Source: a candidate division WOR-3 bacterium (GTDB lineage Bacteria > Hydrothermota > Tepidihabitantia > Tepidihabitantales > Tepidihabitantaceae). Taken from it: a stretch of DNA of 26,930 bases. Positions 1 through 8,326 of this stretch are shown here, in pieces. The stretch is from positions 1 to 26,930 of the forward strand of contig CBFGIT010000033.1 of the NCBI GenBank assembly GCA_965648905.1, in the 5' to 3' direction. A model generated the notes under the pieces. The model was not told the origin of the DNA, ran no database searches, and was given only the letters and a program-made list of their open reading frames with translations. The translations under genes were made by a program, and so were the position numbers. How positions within the stretch are numbered: position 1 is the stretch's first letter; each line of letters starts with the position of its first letter.

Positions 1-903
1 GGCGGGACCGAGCAGGCCCTGACCGACTACTCTGACGCCGACTGCGAGTCACCGAGCTTCCTCGATGATGAACACGTCCTCTTCGTCTACTCCAAGGACG
101 GCGACTATGATAGAGTGGCAAAGCTCAGCATCAACACCGGCACGCGTACGGTGCTGACCGACGGCGAGTACGATGCCGAGACACCGGACCCGGCCCAGGA
201 TGGGCAGAGCGTTTGCTTTGCCACTCAGGACAACGACGGCACGTGTCAGGTAGGGCTGGTCAGAAGCGATGGGACCAACGAGCAACTGGTCACAAGCTCC
301 AGCCTCGACCTTGAGGAACCGGACTGGTCTGGTGACGGGGTCTCGATTGCTGCGGTCCGGTGGTATGGCCTGACCAGCCAGATTGGCATGGTGGACACGG
401 CCTCGGGCGACTACACCAGCCTGACCGACTCAAACTGCATCCGGGACAACCCGGACGTGCACTATGCCCAGTCCACGGGCGTGAACTTCGTCGTGTACGA
501 GCGCGATGACCTGAACCTGACCGACCGGGTGCGGCCCAAGCCCAGACCAAGGCCGGGAAACGGCATCTTCCTGGTCCAGCACCGGAGGCAGCAGGACGGC
601 GCGATGGGTGCGGTTCTCGCCACCGACTTGCGCCGGGCCAGCCCCAATCCGGCCCGAGGCCAGGTCTCAGTGTTCTGGCAGGTGGCAGCAGCCGGGACCG
701 ACGCAACGGTGAAAGTCTACGATGCCGCGGGCAGGCAGGTCAACGTCTTGTTCTCGGGCAGGGCTCCGGGTGGTCTGAACGAGGCGGTCTGGACCGGCCT
801 GGACCAGAAAGGCAGGTCGGTTCCGGTGGGTGTGTATTTCTGCACGCTCGAGACGCCTGACGACCGCATAAGCAGGAAGGTGATTCTGACCGAGAACGAC
901 TGA
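1..903 (+). CDS. C-terminal part of a large secreted protein: TolB/PD40-like repeats plus FlgD-Ig/T9SS-like C-terminal domain (5'-truncated by window edge)
   Basis: Frame is open from base 1 (GGTEQALTDYSDADCESPSF...). Contains repeats of the 'LT...P.WS.DG..I' type and ends in 'SPNPARG...KVYDAAGRQV...WTGLDQKGRSVPVGVYFCTL...RKVIL'. Confidence 0.8.
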   Translation, partial: GGTEQALTDYSDADCESPSFLDDEHVLFVYSKDGDYDRVAKLSINTGTRTVLTDGEYDAETPDPAQDGQSVCFATQDNDGTCQVGLVRSDGTNEQLVTSSSLDLEEPDWSGDGVSIAAVRWYGLTSQIGMVDTASGDYTSLTDSNCIRDNPDVHYAQSTGVNFVVYERDDLNLTDRVRPKPRPRPGNGIFLVQHRRQQDGAMGAVLATDLRRASPNPARGQVSVFWQVAAAGTDATVKVYDAAGRQVNVLFSGRAPGGLNEAVWTGLDQKGRSVPVGVYFCTLETPDDRISRKVILTEND

Positions 904-925
904 AGTCCACAGGCTCAGTCAGGCA

Positions 926-949
926 GCGGCCCGCGTTCGCGCGGGCCGC
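926..949 (+). terminator. GC-rich stem-loop after the first gene (terminator or 3' stabiliser)
   Basis: GCGGCCCGCG-TTCG-CGCGGGCCGC: perfect 10-bp stem with a UUCG loop, 22 nt after the stop codon. No U-tract. Confidence 0.5.
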
Positions 950-1499
950 GGTGGTGGGTGCTGCCGAAGCCGTGGTCTGGTCCGCCGGCGTGTTGCGTCC
1001 GAGGCCGGAGGTGAGTCCAACACGGATGGTGGTGAGTGTTCGTTGGAGCCAGGCATGAGCAGGCAGCGGAGCAGACGTCTAGGAGAGCGGTTCGGAGGAT
1101 ATTCAGGAGAATGCATCGGTGAATGCTCCGATGGTCAGCATGGATGGCGTTCTGCTCAGCTACTTGGTTGACTGCCGAGCATGGCACCGACTCGCCGGAG
1201 TGGGCGGCAGAGGTGGAGCGGGCTGCACCGAAGCTGCACGACCCTGACCTTGCCCGCGAGTGTGCACGCCTGGCAGCCGAGGCGTTCAACGTGTGGAAGG
1301 TGAAGTTACCGCCCAGGCCCGACATTATCGCCTGAGTATTGCCGGCCCGAGCTCAACACGCTGTTCTCCTGCGGGATGTGACCTGACCAGGCCAGCTACA
1401 ACTAGCCGCCTGGGGCCGCTTTGCAGGACAAGGCAGACCTGGGTGTCATGTTCCAGGGTTGGCCAGGGATGTGGTGAGACGCAACATCAGTGCCGGTAA

Positions 1500-2573
1500 C
1501 TATCCTGACGTTCGTTGCCTGCTGCCCGGACCTTTGCCCGGCTTGCGGCCGAGTGCGGCCAGGGTGGCGAGCAGGTTCTCGTGAAACTGCTCCGCGGTGT
1601 CGGTGACCTCGGCCTTGCCCGGGTAGATTTCGTACAGCCTCCGGTACTTGAGTGGGGTCAGGTTCGGCATCCAGACGTTGGCGCCGCGCTCGAGGCCCAG
1701 CTCGCGGCCGTGCGTCCTGTTGACCGTGGCCAGGGCCGTGGTTGAGGGTATGTTGGCATCCGGGCAGACCAGCCGCGTCAGAGCGACCACCTTGGTTGTC
1801 ATCAGGTCAGTGGCCGGCACCTGATTCGGTATTCGGAATTCGTCATTCGATATTCTCCCCAATGGTGTGTCCGGATGCGGGATGAACGGCCCGCAGCCGA
1901 CCATTTCGAGGTCAAGGTCGTGGAATAGCATGATGTCGTCAGCAAGGGATTCGAAGGTCTGGCCGGGAATTCCGACCATGACGCCGGAACCGATTTCGTA
2001 GCCGATGACACGCGCCTGCTTGAGCAGTCCGATACGGTGTCTGGACTGACTCGCCGGGTGTATGCGTGCGAACAGCGCCGGGTCTGATGTCTCGTGTTTG
2101 AGCAGGTACCGGTCAGCGCCGGCTTCGCGCCAGGCAGCCAGTTCCGCCACCGTGCGTTCGCCGAGTGACAGCGTGACCGCGAGCGGGGTCTCGGTCTTGA
2201 TACGGCGAACCAGCCGCACAATGAACTCGCATGATAGACCCGGGTCTTCGCCGGACTGGAGCACGACCGTGCCGTATTCGAGTTTCACGGCCAGTCGGGC
2301 GCAGTCCATGACTTCTTCTTCGTTCATCCGGTAGCGTTCGATTCTGCGGCTGCCCCGGATGCCGCAGTAGAGACACTCACGCGAGCAGTAGTTTGACAGT
2401 TCAACAAGACCGCGCAGATGGACCTCGTCACCAACGTGCTCCCTGCGTACCCGGTCCGCCTCAGCCCAAAGCAGTTCAAGCCTGGTTTCTTCGGTTTCCC
2501 GAAGCCAGGCCAGAACGGTCGAGCGGTTCTCCAAGTGCAGGCCGGCAGGCGCTACAGCCTGGGAGCTAGGCAT
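1500..2573 (-). CDS. hydE: [FeFe]-hydrogenase H-cluster radical SAM maturase HydE
   Basis: CSRECLYC radical SAM motif, LQSGED, GADRYLLKHET, GPFIPHPDTP, GANVWMPNLTP..YRRLYEIYPGK. Start moved to ATG at 2573, which overlaps the hydF stop and has a purine-rich SD. Confidence 0.93.
   Translation of the reverse strand: MPSSQAVAPAGLHLENRSTVLAWLRETEETRLELLWAEADRVRREHVGDEVHLRGLVELSNYCSRECLYCGIRGSRRIERYRMNEEEVMDCARLAVKLEYGTVVLQSGEDPGLSCEFIVRLVRRIKTETPLAVTLSLGERTVAELAAWREAGADRYLLKHETSDPALFARIHPASQSRHRIGLLKQARVIGYEIGSGVMVGIPGQTFESLADDIMLFHDLDLEMVGCGPFIPHPDTPLGRISNDEFRIPNQVPATDLMTTKVVALTRLVCPDANIPSTTALATVNRTHGRELGLERGANVWMPNLTPLKYRRLYEIYPGKAEVTDTAEQFHENLLATLAALGRKPGKGPGSRQRTSG
1821..1855. repeat. Five degenerate heptamers (NNNATTC) inside hydE
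   Basis: CTGATTC GGTATTC GGAATTC GTCATTC GATATTC; encodes RISNDEFRIPNQ. Confidence 0.75.
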
Positions 2574-3831
2574 TTTCCCTCTGTCTGGTAATTGGAGTCT
2601 GGGTCTTGGCCATTTCCTCGTGGTAGATGGCCAGCGCGGCCGGGAACGGTTCGAGCGCCCGCTCAAAGATGCCGAGCGAGTACGCGATGGTCAGACCGTA
2701 GTTGGTGATGGGTACGCCTTGTTCCCGGCACCGGGCCACGCGGTTCAGAACTGCCCGGCGATTGGTCATGCACGCGCCGCAATGAATCACCAGCTTGTAC
2801 GGGGACAGGTCTTCGGGGAAGTCGTGGCCCTGGTACGTCACGAATTCAATCCTGCCGCCGACGTACTGGGTCAGCCAGCGCGGTATCTTGACCCGGCCGA
2901 TGTCGTCACCGATAGGATGGTGGGAACAGCTCTCGGCCACGAGCACCTTGTCTTTGGGCCGGAGCCGCTCGATTGCCATTGCACCACGGACCATTTCCGT
3001 CAGGTCGCCCTTGAATCGCGCAAAGAGAATCGAGAATGACGTCAGCTTCACGTCGCGCGGCGTGTCACCGGCAACCTTCAGGAACGCCTGCGAATCGGTC
3101 ACGACGATGTCCGGCTTGCGGTTCAGGCGCAGCAGCGCGTCCCGCAGTTCCCGTTCCTTCGCGACCATGCAGTAGGCGTCGCGGTCAAGGATGTCACGGA
3201 TGGTCTGCACCTGCGGCTGGATAAGCCGGCCCTTGGGCGCTTCCTTATCAATGGGCACAACCAGCACCGCCAGGCCACCCGCGGGCAGGAGGTCGCCGAT
3301 GATGGTCGGCGGGTTGACGAAGTCCTCAGGTGCGGCCGCAATCAGGGCCTCGCGCAGGGCCAGGATGCCTTCGGCCCGGGCCGCTGCGGTTTCGACCGTG
3401 CGCACGCCTGAGTCGCGCAGACTCCGTGTCAGCTCCGCGGTTGGCGCGCCGAGGTCGTTCTTGTTGAACACCACCACAATCGGGACCTTGCGCCGCCGCA
3501 GCTCTTCAAGCATCGCCTGTTCGAAATCGCCCCACTGGCCGGCTTCGGCCACAATCACGCCCATGTCGGTCCGCTCGACGACTCGGCGCGTCTTCTCGAC
3601 CCGCATCCCGCCGAGAGCGCCGATGTCGTCGATCCCGGCGGTATCGATGAAAAGCACCGGCCCGAGAGGCAGCAATTCCATCGGCTTCTCGACCGGGTCG
3701 GTGGTCGTGCCGGGTGTGTCCGAGACAATCGACACCTGCTGCCGCGTCAACGCGTTGAGAAGCGACGACTTGCCGACATTGCGCCGGCCGAAGATGCCGA
3801 TGTGCAGGCGCAGGCCCTTGGGCGTCTTCAT
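2566..3831 (-). CDS. hydF: [FeFe]-hydrogenase maturation GTPase HydF
   Basis: GRRNVGKSS P-loop, GTTTDPV, DTAG, NKND, APKGRLIQPQVQ, TDSQ, and the Fe-S ligand motif CSHH...HCGAC. Confidence 0.96.
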   Translation of the reverse strand: MKTPKGLRLHIGIFGRRNVGKSSLLNALTRQQVSIVSDTPGTTTDPVEKPMELLPLGPVLFIDTAGIDDIGALGGMRVEKTRRVVERTDMGVIVAEAGQWGDFEQAMLEELRRRKVPIVVVFNKNDLGAPTAELTRSLRDSGVRTVETAAARAEGILALREALIAAAPEDFVNPPTIIGDLLPAGGLAVLVVPIDKEAPKGRLIQPQVQTIRDILDRDAYCMVAKERELRDALLRLNRKPDIVVTDSQAFLKVAGDTPRDVKLTSFSILFARFKGDLTEMVRGAMAIERLRPKDKVLVAESCSHHPIGDDIGRVKIPRWLTQYVGGRIEFVTYQGHDFPEDLSPYKLVIHCGACMTNRRAVLNRVARCREQGVPITNYGLTIAYSLGIFERALEPFPAALAIYHEEMAKTQTPITRQRENA

Positions 3832-5516
3832 TCTTGCCCCTCACTCGAAGCCTCAGTCCCTCGACTTCTTGATTCCTCTCTGCTTCCCAGTCGGTTCACC
3901 GCCTCGGGCGACACCAGCTCGTCAAACCGCTCAACCGGCACGCCGTACTTCTCGGCCGCCAGTTCGCGCAGCGGTCGGCCGGTTGCCTGAAACTCCTTGA
4001 CCAGTTCCTCGGCTCGTTCGTACCCAATCTCGCCCACGAGTGCAGTGACCGTGGCCGTGGTCGATTCGACGAACCGGCGGCAGCGGTCTACGTTCGCCCG
4101 GATTCCTGTCACGCAATGCAGGCGCAGGATGCGACAGGCATTGTGCATCAATTCCAGCTCCTCGAGCAGGGCATAGGCGATGAGCGGCATGAACTGGTTT
4201 AGCTCGAGGTTGCCACCAGCTGCGGCCATGGCGATGACCGCGTCGTACCCGAAGACCATCATTGCCGCCTGTGCCACAGCCTCGGGGATAACTGGGTTCA
4301 CCTTGCCCGGCATGATAGTCGAGCCTGCCTGACGCTCAGGCAGGTAGATTTCGTTCAGTCCTGCCTCCGGGCCGGACGACAGCAGCCGCAGGTCGTTCGT
4401 CACCTTGATGAGGTTGGCAGCACAGGCCTTCATCGTTCCCGACACCTCGACAAGGGCGTCGGCATTCTGCGTCGCTTCCACGAGGTTCTCGGCCCGGCCG
4501 AGCCCGATGCCGGTGATGTCACGCAGATGGTCAACGACGGCGAAGATGTAGCTGCGCGGCGCGCCTACGCCGGTGCCGATGGCGGTGCCGCCGAGGTTGA
4601 CGGTGCGCAGCCGCTCCTCGCACTTGAATACCCGCCACCGATCGCGGCCGAACGCCTCGGCATACGCACCCATCTCGCGGCCGAGTGTGGTAAGGACTGC
4701 GTCCTGCATCTCAGTCCGGCCGACTTTGACCACACCGGCGAATTCCCGTTCCTTGAGCTGGAACGCCTCCTGCAGGGCGACCAGCTCCTCTTCGAGCTCG
4801 CGCAACGATTTGACCGCGGCGATGCGGAGCGCGGTCGGGTAGGTATCGTTCGTTGACTGGTGCCGGTTCAGGTCATCGTGGGGTGAGACCCGCGCATAAT
4901 GCCCGAGCGGTTCTCCCAGTATCTGGAGTGCCCGGTTGGCGAGTACTTCGTTGACGTTCATGTTCGTCGAGGTTCCGGCTCCGCCCTGCAGGGCGTCGAC
5001 CAGCACCTGGCCGTCAAACCGGCCTTCCATCATCTCCCGGCACGCCTGCTCGATAGCGTCCGCCCGCTCCGGGTCATTGTGCCAGATGCCGAGCTCGCGG
5101 TTGGCCCGGGCACAGGCCAGTTTGACTGCGCCGAACGCGTGAACCAGGAGGATGTGCATGGGCCGGTTCGCGAGCGGGAAGTTCTCGATTGCCCGCACCG
5201 TGTGGATGCCGTAGAGCGCGCCGGCCGGCACTTCGCGTTCACCCAGGAGGTCCTTCTCGGTGCGCGTCTTGGCGCCGGCGCGGAAACGGGCGAACTCCTC
5301 GCGCACAAGCCCGGCCAGATGCGGCCCGACGTTCTCGCCGAAGACCGCGTACTCGTTGTCTGAGACGACCTGCTCGGCCGGTTCGAGCCGTTCCTCCCCG
5401 ACCGACCAGAGGAAGTCCCAGCGCCGACCGCTGGCACGGCAGAGCCAGAGTTTGGCCGGCTGCCCGTGCACCAGCCGCGATAGCGCTTCCCTAAGAGCAG
5501 AGGTCTCGTTCATCAC
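3828..5516 (-). CDS. aspA: Aspartate ammonia-lyase (fumarase/aspartase superfamily) with ~83-aa N-terminal extension
   Basis: RTEKDLLGE..VP...YGIHTVRA.ENF, QGGAGTSTNMNVNEV, QSTNDTYPTA, GGTAIGTG, GSTIMPGKVNP. Stop overlaps the hydF start (ATGA). Confidence 0.9.
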   Translation of the reverse strand: MMNETSALREALSRLVHGQPAKLWLCRASGRRWDFLWSVGEERLEPAEQVVSDNEYAVFGENVGPHLAGLVREEFARFRAGAKTRTEKDLLGEREVPAGALYGIHTVRAIENFPLANRPMHILLVHAFGAVKLACARANRELGIWHNDPERADAIEQACREMMEGRFDGQVLVDALQGGAGTSTNMNVNEVLANRALQILGEPLGHYARVSPHDDLNRHQSTNDTYPTALRIAAVKSLRELEEELVALQEAFQLKEREFAGVVKVGRTEMQDAVLTTLGREMGAYAEAFGRDRWRVFKCEERLRTVNLGGTAIGTGVGAPRSYIFAVVDHLRDITGIGLGRAENLVEATQNADALVEVSGTMKACAANLIKVTNDLRLLSSGPEAGLNEIYLPERQAGSTIMPGKVNPVIPEAVAQAAMMVFGYDAVIAMAAAGGNLELNQFMPLIAYALLEELELMHNACRILRLHCVTGIRANVDRCRRFVESTTATVTALVGEIGYERAEELVKEFQATGRPLRELAAEKYGVPVERFDELVSPEAVNRLGSREESRSRGTEASSEGQE

Positions 5517-6909
5517 TCGTCCTTATCTTTTCGACACGCTCTCGAACTTGATTCCGTGTCTTCTCGTTCTCGATCCTCTCAAGCTCGCGGTCGATGAGTC
5601 CGAATCCCGCTGCCTGCGTCTCCGGGCTGGCGTAGTCGGTGAGGTACTCGGCTAGGGTGGTGAGGGCATTGGGCGTACAGTAGCGTTTGATGAACCCGGG
5701 AATCGAGAACTCCATGAAGTGCTCGCCGGTCCGACCCAGCCGGTAGCAGGAAGTGCACCAGCTCGGGACGTAGCCGTCCTCGATGAGCTCGCGCACGACC
5801 ACATCCAGGGGCCGGGTATCGTGCAGCTCGAACTGCTCGCGGGTCAGTTCCTGGCACGCGCCGTTTCTGCACTCCTGGTACGCGCCCAGCTCGATGCGCG
5901 AGCCGGCGTCAATCTGCGATACGCCGAGGCGTAACGCCTCACGCCGCAGTTCCGGTGTTTCTCGGGCCGTGAGAATCAGGCCGGTATAGGGCACGGCCAG
6001 GCGCAGTACCGCGATGACCTTCTTGAAGTCCTCGTCCGAGACAAAGTGCGAGCGGTCGAGTTCAACGTTTGATGCCACATTGACACGCGGAAAACTGATG
6101 GTGTGAGGCCCCACGCCCCAGCGTTCTTCGAGATGGATGGTGTGCGCCACAAGACCCATCACCTCGAACCGCCAGTCAGCCAGACCGAACAGAGCGCCGA
6201 TGCCGACGTCATCCACTCCGCCCTGTATGGCGCGGTCGTGGCTGGTGAGGCGCCAGAGGTAGTCGCCCTTGCGCGTGTTCTCGGGATGCACCCGGCGATA
6301 GGTGTCGTGATGGTAAGTCTCCTGGAACACCTGATAGGTACCGATGCCGGCTTGCCTCATGGTGCGATAGCCTTCGACATCGAGCGGGGCCGCGTTGATG
6401 TTCACGCGTCGGATTTCACCTCGGCCGACCTTGATTGAGTAGACCAGCCGAACCACGCGGGCCATCTCCTCGGCCGAGTAGTCCGGGTGCTCGCCCCAGA
6501 CAAGTATCAGTCGCTTGTGCCCCTGGTTCTCAAGTGCGACCAGCTCGTCGTGCAGCTCCTGGTCGGACAGGGTCTTGCGCACGGCGTCGCGGTTGGTGCA
6601 CCGAAACCCGCAATAGGCGCAGTTGTTCACACATCGGTTGCCGACATAGAGCGGGGCAAAGAGCACGATGCGGTTGCCGTAGACGTTCTGCTTGAGGGTG
6701 TGTGCTGCCTCGAACACCTCAGACCACTGCTCTTTGTCCGTGACTGCCAGCAGACTTGCGACCTCGTCCGGTTCAAGCCGCCGCTTGGCGAGCGACTTGG
6801 CCAGCACCTCGCGCACGCGCGATGAGTCGGGCTTGGCCGCAGCCAGCGTTTCCTCGATGCGCCGGTCGTCGATGAAGTCCACTGCCTTTGGCTCAGCCGC
6901 GATGCTCAT
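5491..6909 (-). CDS. hydG: [FeFe]-hydrogenase H-cluster radical SAM maturase HydG
   Basis: FAPLY..N.CVNNCAYC, EIRRVNIN, FQETYH, GPHTISFPR, and the C-terminal CX2CX22C motif (CTSC...C). Confidence 0.96.
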   Translation of the reverse strand: MSIAAEPKAVDFIDDRRIEETLAAAKPDSSRVREVLAKSLAKRRLEPDEVASLLAVTDKEQWSEVFEAAHTLKQNVYGNRIVLFAPLYVGNRCVNNCAYCGFRCTNRDAVRKTLSDQELHDELVALENQGHKRLILVWGEHPDYSAEEMARVVRLVYSIKVGRGEIRRVNINAAPLDVEGYRTMRQAGIGTYQVFQETYHHDTYRRVHPENTRKGDYLWRLTSHDRAIQGGVDDVGIGALFGLADWRFEVMGLVAHTIHLEERWGVGPHTISFPRVNVASNVELDRSHFVSDEDFKKVIAVLRLAVPYTGLILTARETPELRREALRLGVSQIDAGSRIELGAYQECRNGACQELTREQFELHDTRPLDVVVRELIEDGYVPSWCTSCYRLGRTGEHFMEFSIPGFIKRYCTPNALTTLAEYLTDYASPETQAAGFGLIDRELERIENEKTRNQVRERVEKIRTSDERDLCS

Positions 6910-7232
6910 GCTATCTCCTCGCGGTCTGCACTGCTGCCTTCTGCATTCTGCCTTCTGATTTCTGACTTCATCCCGTTCGCCTCTTTCTTCCTCAGCGCCG
7001 CCTTCACGCTGACGCCGGGTATCGCGCCCAGCTTCCCGGTCAGCGCGCCAATTTCGTCGTTCGTGCCGTCGACGATGACGGCGACGACCGACAGGTGCTT
7101 CTCGCGGTAGGGGATGCCCATGCGGCCGACGACGATGGCTGCGTACTCACTCAACACGGCGTTCACTCTGGGCGCGGCTTCGAGCCGGTTCTCCACGAAA
7201 ACAGCCACGACACCTAATCTCTGCTTTAGCAT
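6906..7232 (-). CDS. TM1266-family putative iron-only hydrogenase system regulator (ACT-like fold)
   Basis: RLGVVAVFVE...VNAVLSEY...IVVGRMGIPY...IGALTGKLGAIPGVSVK; first gene of the hyd operon; repeat-derived C-terminal tail. Confidence 0.9.
   Translation of the reverse strand: MLKQRLGVVAVFVENRLEAAPRVNAVLSEYAAIVVGRMGIPYREKHLSVVAVIVDGTNDEIGALTGKLGAIPGVSVKAALRKKEANGMKSEIRRQNAEGSSADREEIA
6934..6968. repeat. Five heptamers (CTGNNTT) forming the C-terminal tail of the TM1266-family gene
   Basis: CTGCCTT CTGCATT CTGCCTT CTGATTT CTGACTT. Confidence 0.75.
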
Positions 7233-7535
7233 GTCTTCTCCGATACTTCACCACAAGAGATACCGCGTTCCGGGCGAATTCAGAGGCGAGAAGCTAGAGT
7301 GCAGAATGCAGAATCCCGGGACCTCCGACTTCCGGCCCCTGCAATCTGGCTTCTGACCTCGTCTGTTGCCACACGCGGTCTCCGTGTCCTACTGGTAGGG
7401 TTCTGTGCTTCGGAAGCTAAGGGCGAAACCGCCCCTTCGAGTTGGGCCTTTTCAGCCCTCTTCGTCGGAACAAGGCTTCCGGCTTGGTTCCTTCAGGCCC
7501 GGACGGACAGTAGCCATCCGAGTCCTGTCAGACGA
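7233..7535 (-). ncRNA. Candidate structured cis-regulatory leader RNA of the hyd maturation operon (family not recognised)
   Basis: ~300 nt between promoter and first ATG. Manual pairing gives 4-5 consecutive hairpins, a 7-bp closing helix, a 6-bp loop pseudoknot and a competing downstream helix. Confidence 0.6.
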
Positions 7536-7538
7536 TGG

Positions 7539-7567
7539 ATGATAGTATGGAAAGCGCTATGTGTCAA
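7539..7567 (-). promoter_or_regulatory. sigma70-type promoter of the hyd operon
   Basis: TTGACA (7567-7562), 17-nt spacer, TATCAT (7544-7539). Confidence 0.8.
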
Positions 7568-7656
7568 CCGGTGCGGGACGGGATTTGCCCCGAGGTGCGA
7601 CCGGCGCACGGCGCGGGCTTGCGGCCTGAAGCCGCGGCTGTGCCTGCAGGCGCCGT

Positions 7657-7956
7657 CTAGGCCTGAGCCTTGCGGTCGCGGGCTACGGCCGCTTCGGGCT
7701 GCTCGACCCGAGACCGGTCTCCGATGCCGATGAGCAGCGCCGATACCATGATGTCCTCGTCGAGGTCGTCCCAGTGGAGTCCGGTGCCGCCGCCGCTGAT
7801 GACACAGCGCTGCCGCTGGCCCGGAGTCGCTCTCAGCAGACGTGGGAAGTAGGCCAATGGGACGCCCAACCGCCTCCCGTCCGCCAAGTCTACCCACATC
7901 GTGTCGACGTCAAAGGTGACGCGGATGGCCAGTGGTTCAACTGCCGAAGTGCTCAT
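7657..7956 (-). CDS. DUF2442 domain protein (putative antitoxin)
   Basis: V.LADGR.LGVPLAYFPRLLRATP.QR....I..GG.GLHWDDLDEDI. Start at ATG 7956 overlaps the upstream DUF4160 gene. Confidence 0.88.
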   Translation of the reverse strand: MSTSAVEPLAIRVTFDVDTMWVDLADGRRLGVPLAYFPRLLRATPGQRQRCVISGGGTGLHWDDLDEDIMVSALLIGIGDRSRVEQPEAAVARDRKAQA

Positions 7957-8182
7957 TCCAGAACCTCTCAATCTCTGCCTTACGTTCAGCCGCGACATCC
8001 AGCAGTTCGCGGAGCTCATGAGCCGCGAGTCCGTACGAGCTTGCGACCTCAGGCACCGGTTCGAGCCAGAACTTCGCTACCGCGTTCTCCCGTCGCACGT
8101 GCACGTGCAGGGGCTCGCGTGGCACTCCTTCGTTGGAATAGAAGAAGAACCGGTAGCCCTTGTACCTGAAGATGACGGGCAC
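7937..8182 (-). CDS. DUF4160 domain protein (putative toxin of a DUF4160/DUF2442 pair)
   Basis: MPVIFRYKGYRFFFYSNEG..EPLHVHV....AKFWL...W.EHFG. Confidence 0.9.
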   Translation of the reverse strand: MPVIFRYKGYRFFFYSNEGVPREPLHVHVRRENAVAKFWLEPVPEVASSYGLAAHELRELLDVAAERKAEIERFWNEHFGS

Positions 8183-8188
8183 GCTGGG

Positions 8189-8217
8189 ATTCTAGAACTG
8201 GCAAGGGCCGATGTCAA
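8189..8217 (-). promoter_or_regulatory. sigma70-type promoter, leaderless geometry, for the DUF4160 gene
   Basis: TTGACA, 17 nt, TAGAAT, 6 nt, GTG start; no SD. Confidence 0.75.
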
Positions 8218-8326
8218 GTGACCTGAGCTTGCGCTTGGGCTAGCATGAGGCTTGCGGCCGCGTCGACAGGCGCGTACGCTCGGTTGAATTCACAGTGCCC
8301 GAGCACGGCAGATTCGCTGATCTTCG

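Noticed and set aside
1055..1335. 70-aa ORF 1123-1335 and possible frameshifted upstream part
   Set aside because: The C-terminal half looks protein-like, but there is no recognisable family or clear start. It may be a gene remnant; not supportable as a call.
2574..2666. Long N-terminus of hydE in the ORF track (likewise the extended starts at 8019, 8746, 9653, 13328, 15554, 17722 and 20712)
   Set aside because: The extensions overlap neighbouring genes or promoters. Downstream starts fit the SD, promoter and signal-peptide evidence better.
7430..7500. Hammerhead-like 'CUGAAG...GAA' words in the hyd leader
   Set aside because: Lacks the exact CUGANGA / GAAA / UH core in a three-stem arrangement.
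7299..7897. ORFs 7299-7733 (+) and 7493-7897 (-)
   Set aside because: They overlap the promoter, structured leader and DUF2442 gene, and have no family features. Treated as spurious.
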